A DNA stretch of 64,000 nucleotides from a virus (lineage: Duplodnaviria; Caudoviricetes), in the IMG/VR virus record IMGVR_UViG_3300010163_000002, positions 1-64,000 of that record. The stretch is one strand, 5' to 3'. The notes under the pieces are model-generated. The model had not been told where the DNA came from. It saw only the letters and a list, made by a program, of their open reading frames with translations, and ran no database searches. The translations under genes were made by a program, and so were the position numbers. Shown here piece after piece: positions 47,855 through 58,582 of this stretch (its first letter is position 1; the number at the start of each line of letters is the position of its first letter).

Positions 47855-50053
47855 CTATTCGCTCTCCTTTTTATCTACAATTTTAACCATCTCTATACCC
47901 TTTTCAGGATCTAAGATATCCACCTTGTCTGTAAATAATCCATCAGACATATAATTCTGCGGCTGTTCGCAGAAGAATAAATCAAAGAATGATGGCGCAT
48001 GTTTAGTAAATGATAACGGATTATAAAGAACTTTATGAAGATCTCTATAAAGCATAGATACAATAACACTAGGGTTGTTTACCAATGCATGATCCAATGT
48101 AAGCATCTTGCATTCAGCAAATGGATCATTCCAATTAGGTCTCTTAAGAACATCTGTCGTTGAAACCATCTGATTTGATAAGATTACTTCCAAATGAACT
48201 GCATCTACATCAAGACCCCCATCAATAACCAAATCAACAAAAGTCTGCATAATCTCATCTTTATTCATATTCTCTGTAACTGAAGCTTTATTGATTACGC
48301 TAATGATATCATTCATTGTTTTACTAATTTCATCATTGAAAATTCTTACATAGAACAGAATATCATCTGTAAGGCTGCTAAGTGGTATTGATACCTTTCC
48401 ATCTACAGCATGAGCTTTCTTACGAATAGCATTGTTAAGTGCTGTAGAAATATATAACGAATCTTGATCTTGCGTACCACATTCTATCATTTCTCCAGTT
48501 GGCGTTTGAATATAAAACGATGTTACATACTCATTATATAACCCGAAGCCATCATCTTCCATAGATATCTCATTACCATCGTCGTCGTATGATATTACAT
48601 CTTCCTCGTCATTTACAAGAAATATTTCTTCTGGATCAATGATTAAGAAAAATTTCTTAAGATCAAACTCATCCAAATCAGTAAGTTTAATACTTGTACC
48701 ATCTATATCAAAATAGTCCTGAAATTTTGGGAACCATTTCAGCGCAACAACTCTCGTTTCAAGAAGATGCTTGGCTGATAATAGAATCTGCGTAAGTTTT
48801 GATGATAACAATTCTGCAGCCATCTTGCCAGGGTTTATATTAATATTTGTATAATACAAATCTCCATAACAGCACTTGCATATTCCTTTACCAGATGTTT
48901 TGCACGAGCAAGTCATTGGAGAATGTAAATATATTGTTTCTCCTATAAGGGATTTATCTTCTGTATCAATTAAATACTTAATACCCCTAGGATTTTTACG
49001 ATAATATCTATTCTTAATCATACTAAGATGCTTATCTGATTTTATCTTAAATTTAATGAAATGCTGGGACATACATTCATAATTAGCATCCGGATTAAGA
49101 ATTGTATCTATATTGTTAAGGCCTAAACATCTAGCAAAGTCTCCAGAATCTCCAACATTATTTTTAGATAGAATTTGTGCTTTACGAGCCACACTAGATT
49201 CTATATAAAAATATCTCATATTATTTACTCCGCCATTGGTAAAACTATTAGCAATTACCTCTGGGAAGATCGTACCATCCCCGCTAGGTTTAGTACCTAT
49301 ATTGATCCTTGCTTCTTTAAACTGTCTTGGATTAATAGCTTCTTCTGCCTTGAAACTATTTGTTAATCCATGATCAAATCCCAAATATTTACGACTATCT
49401 TTAATAATATCTATAGCCTTATATGTTGCTTGCATACCATATTCCTTCACGCTCTCAAATGGGACATCCTGGAGAGTTGTATGCATAAGATCTCTGTATA
49501 ATGGAACCTTTTCCATTAACATAATATCGTCTTCATTATTAATGGTATTAGCAAGATAGTAAGAGAACTGTTCTATTTTGCTAAAGTTCCATAGGCTATC
49601 ACATATAATATTATTAAGGTAGATATTTCCAAACTTAATTTTATTTTCTCTAGTTAATATGAACTTATCTACAAATACTTTCATATTTTTTCTTTTTAGT
49701 TCGCTACCAAAGAAAATGTGTTTAGGCCTAATTTCCTGATCTGTTAGAAGAACCATCTTCCACATAAAAAGGCTAAACCAATAATCTACAACAAATAGTT
49801 TACAAGATAAACCATTGCCCCAATCAAGATTAATCATGAGATTATGCACATAATCTTCATCAATACCATCTTTAAGAATAGCATCGATACCATTAATGTG
49901 ATCTGAAACATTAGCCTTTGTAATATCCCTAGGAACATAGATCGTCATACACATATCTCTGTTCTTTATCATATCTGCATAGATATAATAGTTCTTATAA
50001 TTTACTAGGTAACTTTGATTAAAATCCTCATTAACCATATAGCCTATTTCCAT
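47855..50053 (-). CDS. RNA polymerase beta-prime C-terminal fragment (probably non-virion RNAP)
   Basis: Bridge-helix-like K..VGDSGDFAR; Zn site SPMTC...GICKCCYG; trigger-loop TQILLSAKH; HLEVIL; early-type motif upstream. Confidence 0.88.
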   Translation of the reverse strand: MEIGYMVNEDFNQSYLVNYKNYYIYADMIKNRDMCMTIYVPRDITKANVSDHINGIDAILKDGIDEDYVHNLMINLDWGNGLSCKLFVVDYWFSLFMWKMVLLTDQEIRPKHIFFGSELKRKNMKVFVDKFILTRENKIKFGNIYLNNIICDSLWNFSKIEQFSYYLANTINNEDDIMLMEKVPLYRDLMHTTLQDVPFESVKEYGMQATYKAIDIIKDSRKYLGFDHGLTNSFKAEEAINPRQFKEARINIGTKPSGDGTIFPEVIANSFTNGGVNNMRYFYIESSVARKAQILSKNNVGDSGDFARCLGLNNIDTILNPDANYECMSQHFIKFKIKSDKHLSMIKNRYYRKNPRGIKYLIDTEDKSLIGETIYLHSPMTCSCKTSGKGICKCCYGDLYYTNININPGKMAAELLSSKLTQILLSAKHLLETRVVALKWFPKFQDYFDIDGTSIKLTDLDEFDLKKFFLIIDPEEIFLVNDEEDVISYDDDGNEISMEDDGFGLYNEYVTSFYIQTPTGEMIECGTQDQDSLYISTALNNAIRKKAHAVDGKVSIPLSSLTDDILFYVRIFNDEISKTMNDIISVINKASVTENMNKDEIMQTFVDLVIDGGLDVDAVHLEVILSNQMVSTTDVLKRPNWNDPFAECKMLTLDHALVNNPSVIVSMLYRDLHKVLYNPLSFTKHAPSFFDLFFCEQPQNYMSDGLFTDKVDILDPEKGIEMVKIVDKKESE

Positions 50054-50208
50054 TATAAATATCCTCCTTGCTTTTTCTTCTTACTCCTTTATAATATACC
50101 TTCAAAAAGAAATTTGCGGTATTATATTAAAGTACGGGAAGATATAAAATCGTAAAATGGAAAATAAAAACCGCATGGGTATTATCCCATGCAGCCTTTA
50201 TATCGTTC

Positions 50209-50700
50209 TTACATAAATCTGATCGGCGGAAGCTTCTTAGCATTCTTAATATGCTCTTTCTGGGATCTCTTTGCAATTGTCTTTGCCTTGGTCCCGTATT
50301 TGGTAAAGATAGCAAGTCTAAGCTTTCTCTCTTTAACACGATTAAGCGCAAGCTGTTTAAACAGCGGGTCCTTAGCATTTCTGCAAAGAATAAGTGCAGC
50401 AAGATGCTCTCTACGAGTAAGATCATCATTCTTTCCAATTCGAACAAATGTTTTCTTACTCATCTTCTGAGCTTCAACCATAGCCTGAACCTCTGCAGAC
50501 TCGGTAAATGATTTCTGAACTTCTTCTCCATTATCGAAATACGTCATGCTCTCCAAAGCAGAAGTCATCATATTGTTCTCTACTTCTTTAGCAATGGCAT
50601 CCATACCATCTTCTGTATCCGGATCGGCATTACCAGCAATAAGATCAATATCATTAGTTTCTGCCTCAGTACCTTCCTTTAAATACTGGTTAAATAACAT
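50209..50700 (-). CDS. probable virion head/core protein
   Basis: Late promoter AACA TAACAG TA at 50756-50767; acidic N-terminus with LxE sites; basic C-terminus. Confidence 0.5.
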   Translation of the reverse strand: MLFNQYLKEGTEAETNDIDLIAGNADPDTEDGMDAIAKEVENNMMTSALESMTYFDNGEEVQKSFTESAEVQAMVEAQKMSKKTFVRIGKNDDLTRREHLAALILCRNAKDPLFKQLALNRVKERKLRLAIFTKYGTKAKTIAKRSQKEHIKNAKKLPPIRFM

Positions 50701-50871
50701 ATTTATTTACCTCCTTAGAATTTTATTTTCATGTAGTCTTATTATACAGGGATTTTACTGTTATGTTTTTATAAATATGGCTGGTTAAACTTTAAAATAA
50801 ATCATATATTATAAATATGGATAAATTTTAGAAGGTATAAAAATATTTAATTTCAAGGAGGATAATAAATA

Positions 50872-51249
50872 ATGGAACTAACCAGAGAGCAAGCAATAGA
50901 AGAACACAGAAAAATGTGGAATTGGATTGCTGATAATATTGAAAAAATAAAACCAAATGGTAATAAAGACATTAAGGAATACTATCTGTACAAAATAAGA
51001 AAATTAGACGAATCAATAGATAATTACTGCTTTTGCTGCGAATATTCCAGTATTTATGAAACCAGCATGATAAAACTTGTTTGTGATCATTGTCCAATAG
51101 AATGGGATGGAGAATGCAGAAATTGCCTTTCATCGCTTTTGTATAACAATTTTACTATGGCTATATGTAATAACAAGTATGATATTGCATCTACTATGGC
51201 AAAACAAATTGCCAATTTGCCAGAAAAGAAAAAGCCAAAAAATATTTAG
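50872..51249 (+). CDS. Cys-rich EHRKMWNW-family protein (copy 2)
   Basis: Family motifs; AAGGAGG SD. Confidence 0.8.
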   Translation: MELTREQAIEEHRKMWNWIADNIEKIKPNGNKDIKEYYLYKIRKLDESIDNYCFCCEYSSIYETSMIKLVCDHCPIEWDGECRNCLSSLLYNNFTMAICNNKYDIASTMAKQIANLPEKKKPKNI

Positions 51250-51311
51250 GTAAACCAGATATTATATTTTCCGAATTTTTAAAATAAAAATTAAAGAAAG
51301 GATATAATCAT

Positions 51312-53444
51312 ATGTCAGATATTAGTTTCATGCCCAAAGTACTAAGTGCCAAAGCAATACAAGAATATGAACAAGTAATGGTAGATGGATTAAGACATTC
51401 GTTCCCATTACTAAAAGAATCAGAGCTCAGAGAAGCCATAGAATATTCTATTAGTAATAGATTCAAAGATTCTCCGGCTCAGATTAAAAACAATTATACT
51501 AATAAAAATTTAAATGGTACAGCGTTAGAGGTTCTTTCATATATAGAGAAACTACAGCCTATTATTACATCAAGCGGCGTATTGTTTAAAAGACATAAAG
51601 AAGCAGATAACCCACTATCAAGAATGATTATGGGTTTTATTAATCAAAGAGCAAAATATAAAAAAGAGATGTTTAAATATCCTAAAGGATCAGAAATGTT
51701 TCAGAGATATAATTTACTACAACTACTGGAAAAATTAAATGCTAATGCCACATACGGCGTGTTAGGCGCACCGACCTCGGCTTATTATAATATATATGTA
51801 GCAGAAGCAATTACCCGTCAGGGTAGATCTTATATTAGTTGTAGTATTATGCTATTTGAATCATTATTGTCTAATAACGTTAAATTTAATAACTTAAATG
51901 AAGTAATTACGTTTATCAATAACGTAGAACATGAAAAACCTAACAGAAATTTACTGGATAAATATATACTTGATAGAAATATTACTTTGGAAGAGTGTTT
52001 CTTTAAGATTATGAACACTGCGGATATGATGATATGGATTCCGACAGAAACAGAAATGGCAAGAGTATGGGAATACATTCAAGGATTATCTCAGGAAGAT
52101 ATTAATAGGTTATATTATAAGAATAACTTGTATTCATTTGTAGATCTTCCAGTTGTTACAGATTTAGTAATAAAAATTCTTGGAGAATTAAATACTCCAT
52201 TTATGAATCCTAATAATCCGCCAAAAAATATTAAAGAGGATCTTGATACTCTTGTTTGTATGATTAAGGAGTATGTGTATTACCCGCACTTCTATATAGA
52301 CAAGCTTGATCGTATTGAGTATATGCAAAGAGACATAGTTGTGGTATCAGATACCGATAGTACAATTATATCATTTGACGCATGGTATAGATTCATACTA
52401 CAGAAAGTGTACAATCTAGATTTGCCAATCAAAAAAGAAAAATTTGATATGGTTAAAGTCATTAAAGCAGATGAGTTTGGAGATTTACCATTAAGAGAAA
52501 TGTGCGAAATTGTAGATCCTGTATACGATTACAATTTCTATACAGATGAAGTGATTGAATTGCAACGACTAATTGAACCATGCAAAATAATACCTCAGGA
52601 GTCTCTTAAGTATTCAATTATCAATATAATTGCTTATGTATGTAGCGACCTGGTGGTGGATTATTTGCGTGAATATACCAAGCTTACTGGAAGTTATCAG
52701 GAAGGCGTAAAATGCCGCATGATTATGAAAAATGAATTTACCTTCTTGCGTCTGTTGCTGACTAATAATCGTAGAAATTATGCGGATATTCAAAGCATTC
52801 AGGAAGGAAACATAATACCAAAAAGCGAAAGTATGGCTATCATGGGCCTTCCCATCAACAAAAGTGTATTATCAGAAGATACAAAAGAAAAATTACAAAG
52901 AATTCTGTATGAAGATATACTTACTGCTGACAATATAGATCAAGTAAATATTATGAAGAAGCTTGTATTATTTGAGAAAGAAATTTATAATAGTATTATG
53001 AATAAAGAGATCAAATATTATAAGCCAGACAATATAGCATCGTTAGCTTCATATAAGAAAGAACCATTGTCTGTTAATGGTATATTGGCGTCTGTTATTT
53101 ATAATAAGATGCGTGCAGAAGATATGCCAGCGATTAATCTTGAAGAAAGGAATAAAATAATAAAAATCAAGATTGATGTTAACAAGAAAAATGTAGAATC
53201 TATAAAGGATATATATCCGGAAGAATATGCTAAATTGGTTGCGTTGTTAAATGACCCGGTTCTTGGTTCTAAAGTTACCACAATAGCATTACCGCTTGAT
53301 ACTGCAGTGCCAGATTGGGTATTATCATTTGTAGATTTTAAAACAATCATTAATGACCAGCTAAAGAATTTCCCATTAGATAGTGTTGGAATTAAACGAT
53401 TGCAAAATGATTCTGTAAATGTATCAAATATAATTCAATTATAG
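51312..53444 (+). CDS. family B DNA polymerase, split catalytic subunit (motifs B and C)
   Basis: Q...K..ANATYG, IT..GR, SDTDS, MKNEF. No exonuclease domain or DxxSLYPS motif seen. Confidence 0.88.
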   Translation: MSDISFMPKVLSAKAIQEYEQVMVDGLRHSFPLLKESELREAIEYSISNRFKDSPAQIKNNYTNKNLNGTALEVLSYIEKLQPIITSSGVLFKRHKEADNPLSRMIMGFINQRAKYKKEMFKYPKGSEMFQRYNLLQLLEKLNANATYGVLGAPTSAYYNIYVAEAITRQGRSYISCSIMLFESLLSNNVKFNNLNEVITFINNVEHEKPNRNLLDKYILDRNITLEECFFKIMNTADMMIWIPTETEMARVWEYIQGLSQEDINRLYYKNNLYSFVDLPVVTDLVIKILGELNTPFMNPNNPPKNIKEDLDTLVCMIKEYVYYPHFYIDKLDRIEYMQRDIVVVSDTDSTIISFDAWYRFILQKVYNLDLPIKKEKFDMVKVIKADEFGDLPLREMCEIVDPVYDYNFYTDEVIELQRLIEPCKIIPQESLKYSIINIIAYVCSDLVVDYLREYTKLTGSYQEGVKCRMIMKNEFTFLRLLLTNNRRNYADIQSIQEGNIIPKSESMAIMGLPINKSVLSEDTKEKLQRILYEDILTADNIDQVNIMKKLVLFEKEIYNSIMNKEIKYYKPDNIASLASYKKEPLSVNGILASVIYNKMRAEDMPAINLEERNKIIKIKIDVNKKNVESIKDIYPEEYAKLVALLNDPVLGSKVTTIALPLDTAVPDWVLSFVDFKTIINDQLKNFPLDSVGIKRLQNDSVNVSNIIQL

Positions 53445-53550
53445 AAATATAGGGAGGGTTTAAACCCTCCCTATAAATTTCTTTAGTAATATATTATAAT
53501 TTTGAATTAAACTAATATAATTTAATAATAAAACAAAGGAGATTTAAATA

Positions 53551-53973
53551 ATGAAATTAACTAAAGAGCAAACAATTGAAGAACATCATAAGATGTGGAA
53601 TTGGATTGCTGAAAATGTGCACGATATAAGACCAACTACAGCAAAACAAATTAAAGAATATTACTTAAAAAATATAAGTTGCTTAAAAGAAACAACTGAC
53701 AATAATTGTTTTTGCCCAGAGTATATTAATGAATTATGCTATAATTGCTCATTATATTGGGGAGCTAAACCGTATAGATGCGTGATTGATAACTGCGTGT
53801 TTTATATAGAGTTCTCAAAGTATATTAGATGTGCTGATTATGTAAAAGCAGCAGATATGGCAAAATTGATAGCAAACTTACCAAAAAGAAAGGATGATAA
53901 TAATGGAATTAACCAGAGAACAGGCTATCGAAGAACACAGAAAAATGTGGAATTGGATTTCCGAGAATATTGA
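53551..53973 (+). CDS. Cys-rich EHRKMWNW-family protein (copy 3)
   Basis: Family motifs; the tail reads about 23 codons into the next gene. Confidence 0.75.
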   Translation: MKLTKEQTIEEHHKMWNWIAENVHDIRPTTAKQIKEYYLKNISCLKETTDNNCFCPEYINELCYNCSLYWGAKPYRCVIDNCVFYIEFSKYIRCADYVKAADMAKLIANLPKRKDDNNGINQRTGYRRTQKNVELDFREY

Positions 53974-54637
53974 AAAAATAGAACCAGATAATATCAGAGA
54001 TATCAAACGATATTATTTGTACAAAATAAGAAAATTAAACGAATCAATAGATAATTACTGCTTTTGCTGCGAATATGATAGTAATGCCATGACATGTTTT
54101 GATGATGCGTGCTTTAATTGCCCACTAATTTGGGGAGATATAGACAGTGAATGTTCCAACGTTGATAGTTTGCATGACATTTTCATAAAAAATGTAAAAT
54201 CTAAAAATTACAATGCAGCATCAAATATAGCAAAACAAATAGCAAATCTACCAGAAAGAAAAAACGCAATATTTAAATTGACCAAAGAACAAGCAATAGA
54301 AGAACACAGAAAAATGTGGAATTGGATCGCTGATAATGTGGAGAATATGCAGGTTACTAAAGTCGATTATATAAAGAAATATTATATGAAGGTAATAAGA
54401 AGAATAAGAGTAAATATAGAAAGAGATTGTTTTTGTTGCGAGTATGCCAAGCAACAATCGCCATTACAAGAAAATATATGCGATTATTGCCCATTGGATT
54501 GTAATAGTAAAGAAAACAATCATATTATTAGTGAAGATTTGTTTGATTACTTTTATAGTAAATGTGTGTCTACTGGGAGATACATTCAGGCATCAAATAT
54601 AGCAAGGCAGATAGCAAATCTACCAGAAAGAAAATAA
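53903..54637 (+). CDS. Cys-rich EHRKMWNW-family protein with two tandem domains (copies 4 and 5)
   Basis: The family motif occurs twice. Confidence 0.8.
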   Translation: MELTREQAIEEHRKMWNWISENIEKIEPDNIRDIKRYYLYKIRKLNESIDNYCFCCEYDSNAMTCFDDACFNCPLIWGDIDSECSNVDSLHDIFIKNVKSKNYNAASNIAKQIANLPERKNAIFKLTKEQAIEEHRKMWNWIADNVENMQVTKVDYIKKYYMKVIRRIRVNIERDCFCCEYAKQQSPLQENICDYCPLDCNSKENNHIISEDLFDYFYSKCVSTGRYIQASNIARQIANLPERK

Positions 54638-54647
54638 TAAATGAGGT

Positions 54648-55163
54648 ATGAATATGATTACAGTAGAAACAATTAAAGACAATTTCAAGGGAGCACTCAT
54701 TACAAGTGTGAAACCGGCAAGAAAAAATTCATATGGTAAATATATGAGCCATAGAAACGATGAAGAAATAATACTTGTATCGCAGAAAACACATGTATTA
54801 CAAGTAGAAGATTATTCTAAATGGTATAATTTGTATTATCTTATGCCAGGAAATATTTCTACAAAAGAACTATATTTAGTGTCTTTAACATTTGGAGATA
54901 TAATAGATGGTATAGACCATTGTTACTATCCAAATTCTGTAATAGAATTTTGTTGCAAAAATAACTTGCTGATTGATGGTATTAGTTACATGGCTATATG
55001 CAAAATGCTATATGAATATATGGATTTTGGAGATATAAAGGAATATCTGCCTAATTCTGTAGATTTGTATAGAACTTTGCAGTGGGATTACAATGCTAAA
55101 TGTAATACATTCTATTTATCTAAAAATGATATGGGTGCAATAGGAGGATATTATAATGAGTAA
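54648..55163 (+). CDS. hypothetical protein
   Basis: 171 aa ORF in an operon. Confidence 0.65.
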   Translation: MNMITVETIKDNFKGALITSVKPARKNSYGKYMSHRNDEEIILVSQKTHVLQVEDYSKWYNLYYLMPGNISTKELYLVSLTFGDIIDGIDHCYYPNSVIEFCCKNNLLIDGISYMAICKMLYEYMDFGDIKEYLPNSVDLYRTLQWDYNAKCNTFYLSKNDMGAIGGYYNE

Positions 55164-55866
55164 AGCACATAATTGTTTGTACTATTTAGCAAAAAACGAT
55201 AAAGAATACGAACAAATCATGAAAGAAGGGATAATCCCAACAGAAAAGTGTATCGCAGATATATCTATGGATAAAGAAAAAATCACTCTTTTATGCGAAT
55301 TCAATCAGGTAGGTAAATGGAAAATTCTTGAACAAAAACCAATTGTATTAAGGATATCTAATGTAGCCAAAGAAGATTGCAAAGAAGTTGAGTTGGTTGA
55401 TATTGCTAAAAGACTGATATATGATAGAGTAATATCGCCAGAAAATATTGAAAGGGCGTATGTTTTTACAACGAGAAAACAAATGAAAGAATTGTGTGTT
55501 GCGTACGCAATCGGTCTAAGTATTATTATATCTAATACTATATATCATTATGATAACAATACTCCAGAGCATGAAAAATTTGTTGAATATATTAGTAAAT
55601 CTACAAATAATATTGTCAGTACAATCGACCGATTAGATTATAAGAACAACTGGAGATGGGTAGCTAAAAAATTAAGAGAATATGCGGATGAAGGAAACTA
55701 CACATTCTTAGATACCTACTGCAATAGCGATATTAAACTATATGAGCAGATTACTATGTTCCCAAGAGATGATACTTATGGAGACCGTTGGGTGCTGAGA
55801 AAATGTATTCAGACCGCATTTAAAAATATGCTTAATTTAGATACAGGAGGGTATACAAAATGTTAG
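55156..55866 (+). CDS. hypothetical protein, N-terminus weakly ART/KptA-fold-like
   Basis: I.KEGI.P...VL.I...I.PENI pattern. Confidence 0.5.
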   Translation: MSKAHNCLYYLAKNDKEYEQIMKEGIIPTEKCIADISMDKEKITLLCEFNQVGKWKILEQKPIVLRISNVAKEDCKEVELVDIAKRLIYDRVISPENIERAYVFTTRKQMKELCVAYAIGLSIIISNTIYHYDNNTPEHEKFVEYISKSTNNIVSTIDRLDYKNNWRWVAKKLREYADEGNYTFLDTYCNSDIKLYEQITMFPRDDTYGDRWVLRKCIQTAFKNMLNLDTGGYTKC

Positions 55867-56297
55867 TTGTACAAGTACCATATACAGTATTAATTCCTAA
55901 AGATTATGTTAGCAATCCTTATCTTATAAAGCTTAAGGGAAATGAGTATATTAAAATCTCAACAATAGTTACTATCAATAATGATGAACTTAATAATTAT
56001 TATCAATTAAATGGAGATCTTGCTATACCATTTATAGTGTATAATAATTGGATGCTTAAGTGCATGCCTGAAATAGCTAAAATGTTTGGATCGATATCTA
56101 ATAAGGATATAAATATTGATGAGATAGTAGCACTGGTAAATAATTTTACTGTAATTAATATAAGTGATTCATATAAGATAGAAGATATGCTTCCTGTTCA
56201 AGAATTTAGAAATGCATTTGCAATGGCCATGATGGGCGATGTGTTATATAATTATATTATGGAAAAGTACGCTTTACCATATATAGACAAAAAATAG
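55860..56297 (+). CDS. hypothetical protein (paralog pair, A)
   Basis: NYY.L.GDLAIPFIVY.NW shared with the next gene. Confidence 0.7.
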   Translation: MLVVQVPYTVLIPKDYVSNPYLIKLKGNEYIKISTIVTINNDELNNYYQLNGDLAIPFIVYNNWMLKCMPEIAKMFGSISNKDINIDEIVALVNNFTVINISDSYKIEDMLPVQEFRNAFAMAMMGDVLYNYIMEKYALPYIDKK

Positions 56298-56330
56298 AAA
56301 TATACTTTTAAAAATACAGGAGGGCACAAA

Positions 56331-56744
56331 ATGTTAAATTTATCAACCCCATATAAAGTAATATTCTCAAAAAAATATTATATACAACAACCTGCATTTA
56401 TATGGTTACACGATAATACGTACCATATTTTAGGAGGAATTCATTCGTTAGATATATGTCCTACAGATGATAACTATTATACATTAACAGGTGATTTAGC
56501 TATACCATTTATAGTATACCATAACTGGTGGTTGGAGGGCTCTATATCTAGAGTAAAGAATTCCACAGAACGCGATGAAAAATTATTATATGTGCTTAAA
56601 GAAAATATTATAGATATAGGAAACGCATATAATATAATTGATATAGTACCAGAAATAGCTACGTATGAAGATCCTGATGTTGCATATATTTATCTTGCTT
56701 ATATGATAGAAAAATATTTATTACCGCATATAAACAAAAAATAA
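56331..56744 (+). CDS. hypothetical protein (paralog pair, B)
   Basis: Same motif; similar ATACAGGAGGG leader. Confidence 0.7.
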   Translation: MLNLSTPYKVIFSKKYYIQQPAFIWLHDNTYHILGGIHSLDICPTDDNYYTLTGDLAIPFIVYHNWWLEGSISRVKNSTERDEKLLYVLKENIIDIGNAYNIIDIVPEIATYEDPDVAYIYLAYMIEKYLLPHINKK

Positions 56745-56854
56745 ATACACTAATCAAATTAACATCCGGTGGGATTAATCCCACCGGCCTTTAAAACTCA
56801 AAGACAGATGAATCATCTTTGAGTGTTTTTATTTTTTATATCTCGCCTCCAATC

Positions 56855-57143
56855 TTACTTTCTAATATACCCGTTGTTTTCCAGGTATATTAGAATACGT
56901 CTTGTGTATTTAGCGCAAGACATATTAAATGCCTTAGCCGGATACACATTACCACGGGTTACATCGAGAAGACTGGAAGCGAACCAGTCCTGGAAGTCCG
57001 CTGCCTGCTCCTCGATTTCTAGCATAGCATCAGTATGCTTGGTATTTCCGCCAAGCATAAGCAGAGCTTTGTTGGCGGTTGCTTTGAAGCTCATATGTGG
57101 ACTTTACGAGTTCCTTATTCATTGTGCTCATTGTTGTATTCAT
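56855..57143 (-). pseudogene. small early gene, apparently frameshifted
   Basis: The SD-led ATG at 57143 gives 37 aa; an overlapping 79 aa frame (57094-56855) has no well-spaced SD. Confidence 0.4.
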
Positions 57144-57233
57144 AGTATCCTCTTTCTCACTTATAACGGGCTTCAAGCGACTACCCGATTTTATTTTTAT
57201 ATAATAATATCTTCTATTCACCATTATAATATA
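57141..57233 (-). promoter_or_regulatory. duplicated early promoter plus structured 5' leader (copy 1)
   Basis: Near-identical to 58580-58675; TATATTATAA motif; pseudoknot-capable CGGGU/GCCCG and UCGCUU/AAGUGA. Confidence 0.8.
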
Positions 57234-57367
57234 CAAACAAAAAGATATCCAGTAGGGTTTCCCCTACTGGCACTTTTATCTCGTTTAATAATATAAATTT
57301 GGCTGGAATTTATTTATCATTATAACAAGATATACTTTAAGATATAATGAATTTTTTGCTTTTGCCT

Positions 57368-57919
57368 TTACATTATTGTCAATTCAAATTTTTCACTAAA
57401 ATGAATTTCTAATCCCATTTCAAGAGCATGTCTGGCAACAGCCATTTTTTCTGCAGAGATTTTTAACCCATCATATTTTTCAACATCAACTCCAGATTTA
57501 AATCCGGAATAGATTTCATAAATCTGATCTTCGTCGTATCCAGCTTCAATATAGCTGTGCATGTCATGCCCCTCAACCAATGCGGCGATTGCCCAATTGG
57601 ATTTAATATACGGAATACTCGGATTAAAATACGGAAGAAGCTGCTCTGTGGTTAATCCATGAGAATATCCGGTAAGAATAACCTGCATTTGTGTAGCATT
57701 CAATTCCGGATTCATAAAACGCTCAGGCCTAATTTCCGGATTTTTTTCTGCAGAGGTAAATACAGAAAGAATCATATCAAGCTGCTCTGTATTGAATTCT
57801 TTTATTTCTACTTCTTCAATGCTGCATTTATCCATTAACTTTGCAGCGCTATCAATCCATGCAGATGAATATGCCGGATTTTTTAATAATCTCATTTCAA
57901 TTTGCTTTTTGTTATCCAT
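57368..57919 (-). CDS. hypothetical helical-repeat protein
   Basis: Repeated F/Y...Q...I..G...G pattern; translationally coupled to tad1. Confidence 0.65.
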   Translation of the reverse strand: MDNKKQIEMRLLKNPAYSSAWIDSAAKLMDKCSIEEVEIKEFNTEQLDMILSVFTSAEKNPEIRPERFMNPELNATQMQVILTGYSHGLTTEQLLPYFNPSIPYIKSNWAIAALVEGHDMHSYIEAGYDEDQIYEIYSGFKSGVDVEKYDGLKISAEKMAVARHALEMGLEIHFSEKFELTIM

Positions 57920-58320
57920 TATTTTACTCCTTCTGTAGAATCTGTGTTATTAGTTCCCTGCACGCCTGACGCAATTCTTCTGTTAGTTCTGTCTCTTAAT
58001 GCTACTACAGCATCTGTAATAGACTTGATTGCTCTTGCATTTTCTTCACATGCAAATTCAGAAGACTGAAATGCTGTAAGACGCGTAAGTACCATAAGAA
58101 GAAGATCTTCATTGAATACTCCATTGATTCCGCATTCTTTAACCGGTCCCTCCTGAAAGTTTACTCTGCAAATAGCACCACCTGTTTCTGCATTACGTAC
58201 AACGAAATGATGTGGCCCGTTATACTTGAACTGTGATGCATCTTCACAACATACCTTTGTTAATTTCTGCGTAAAAAGCGGATGCTCGATAGGGAGCATC
58301 TGTAAATCATTAGATCCCAT
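57919..58320 (-). CDS. tad1: Tad1/Acb2-family anti-Thoeris signal sponge
   Basis: GPHHF, FQEGPVKECGINGV.NEDL, RL..FQ.SEFAC.EN..AI and RT..R...GV.GT match the recalled Tad1 signature. Confidence 0.85.
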   Translation of the reverse strand: MGSNDLQMLPIEHPLFTQKLTKVCCEDASQFKYNGPHHFVVRNAETGGAICRVNFQEGPVKECGINGVFNEDLLLMVLTRLTAFQSSEFACEENARAIKSITDAVVALRDRTNRRIASGVQGTNNTDSTEGVK

Positions 58321-58405
58321 TACTTTATCCTCCTTAATATTTTTTACTATAAAGTACCATATAGTTTATTTATTAAATATAACAAAAAATAATGCAGGCC
58401 TAAAC

Positions 58406-58582
58406 CTACATTATTCTGCCCATGCTCTGAAGAGTATGAATAATGCTATACTTAAGTTTAACCAGTTCCAATCGCATCTTTAATGCGAAAAGAGGGTTAG
58501 TAATTTTACACCTCCATACCAGAAGCGCAAGGCGAAGATCAAAGATCTTCTTTTCTAAATTTATTTTATTTAATTTCATCAT
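58406..58582 (-). CDS. 58 aa basic early protein
   Basis: AAAGAGG SD inside the duplicated leader. Confidence 0.6.
   Translation of the reverse strand: MMKLNKINLEKKIFDLRLALLVWRCKITNPLFALKMRLELVKLKYSIIHTLQSMGRIM

Noticed and set aside
56823-57296. 157-aa plus-strand ORF and other short antisense ORFs in the track
   Set aside because: They overlap better-supported genes or leaders on the opposite strand and lack SDs.
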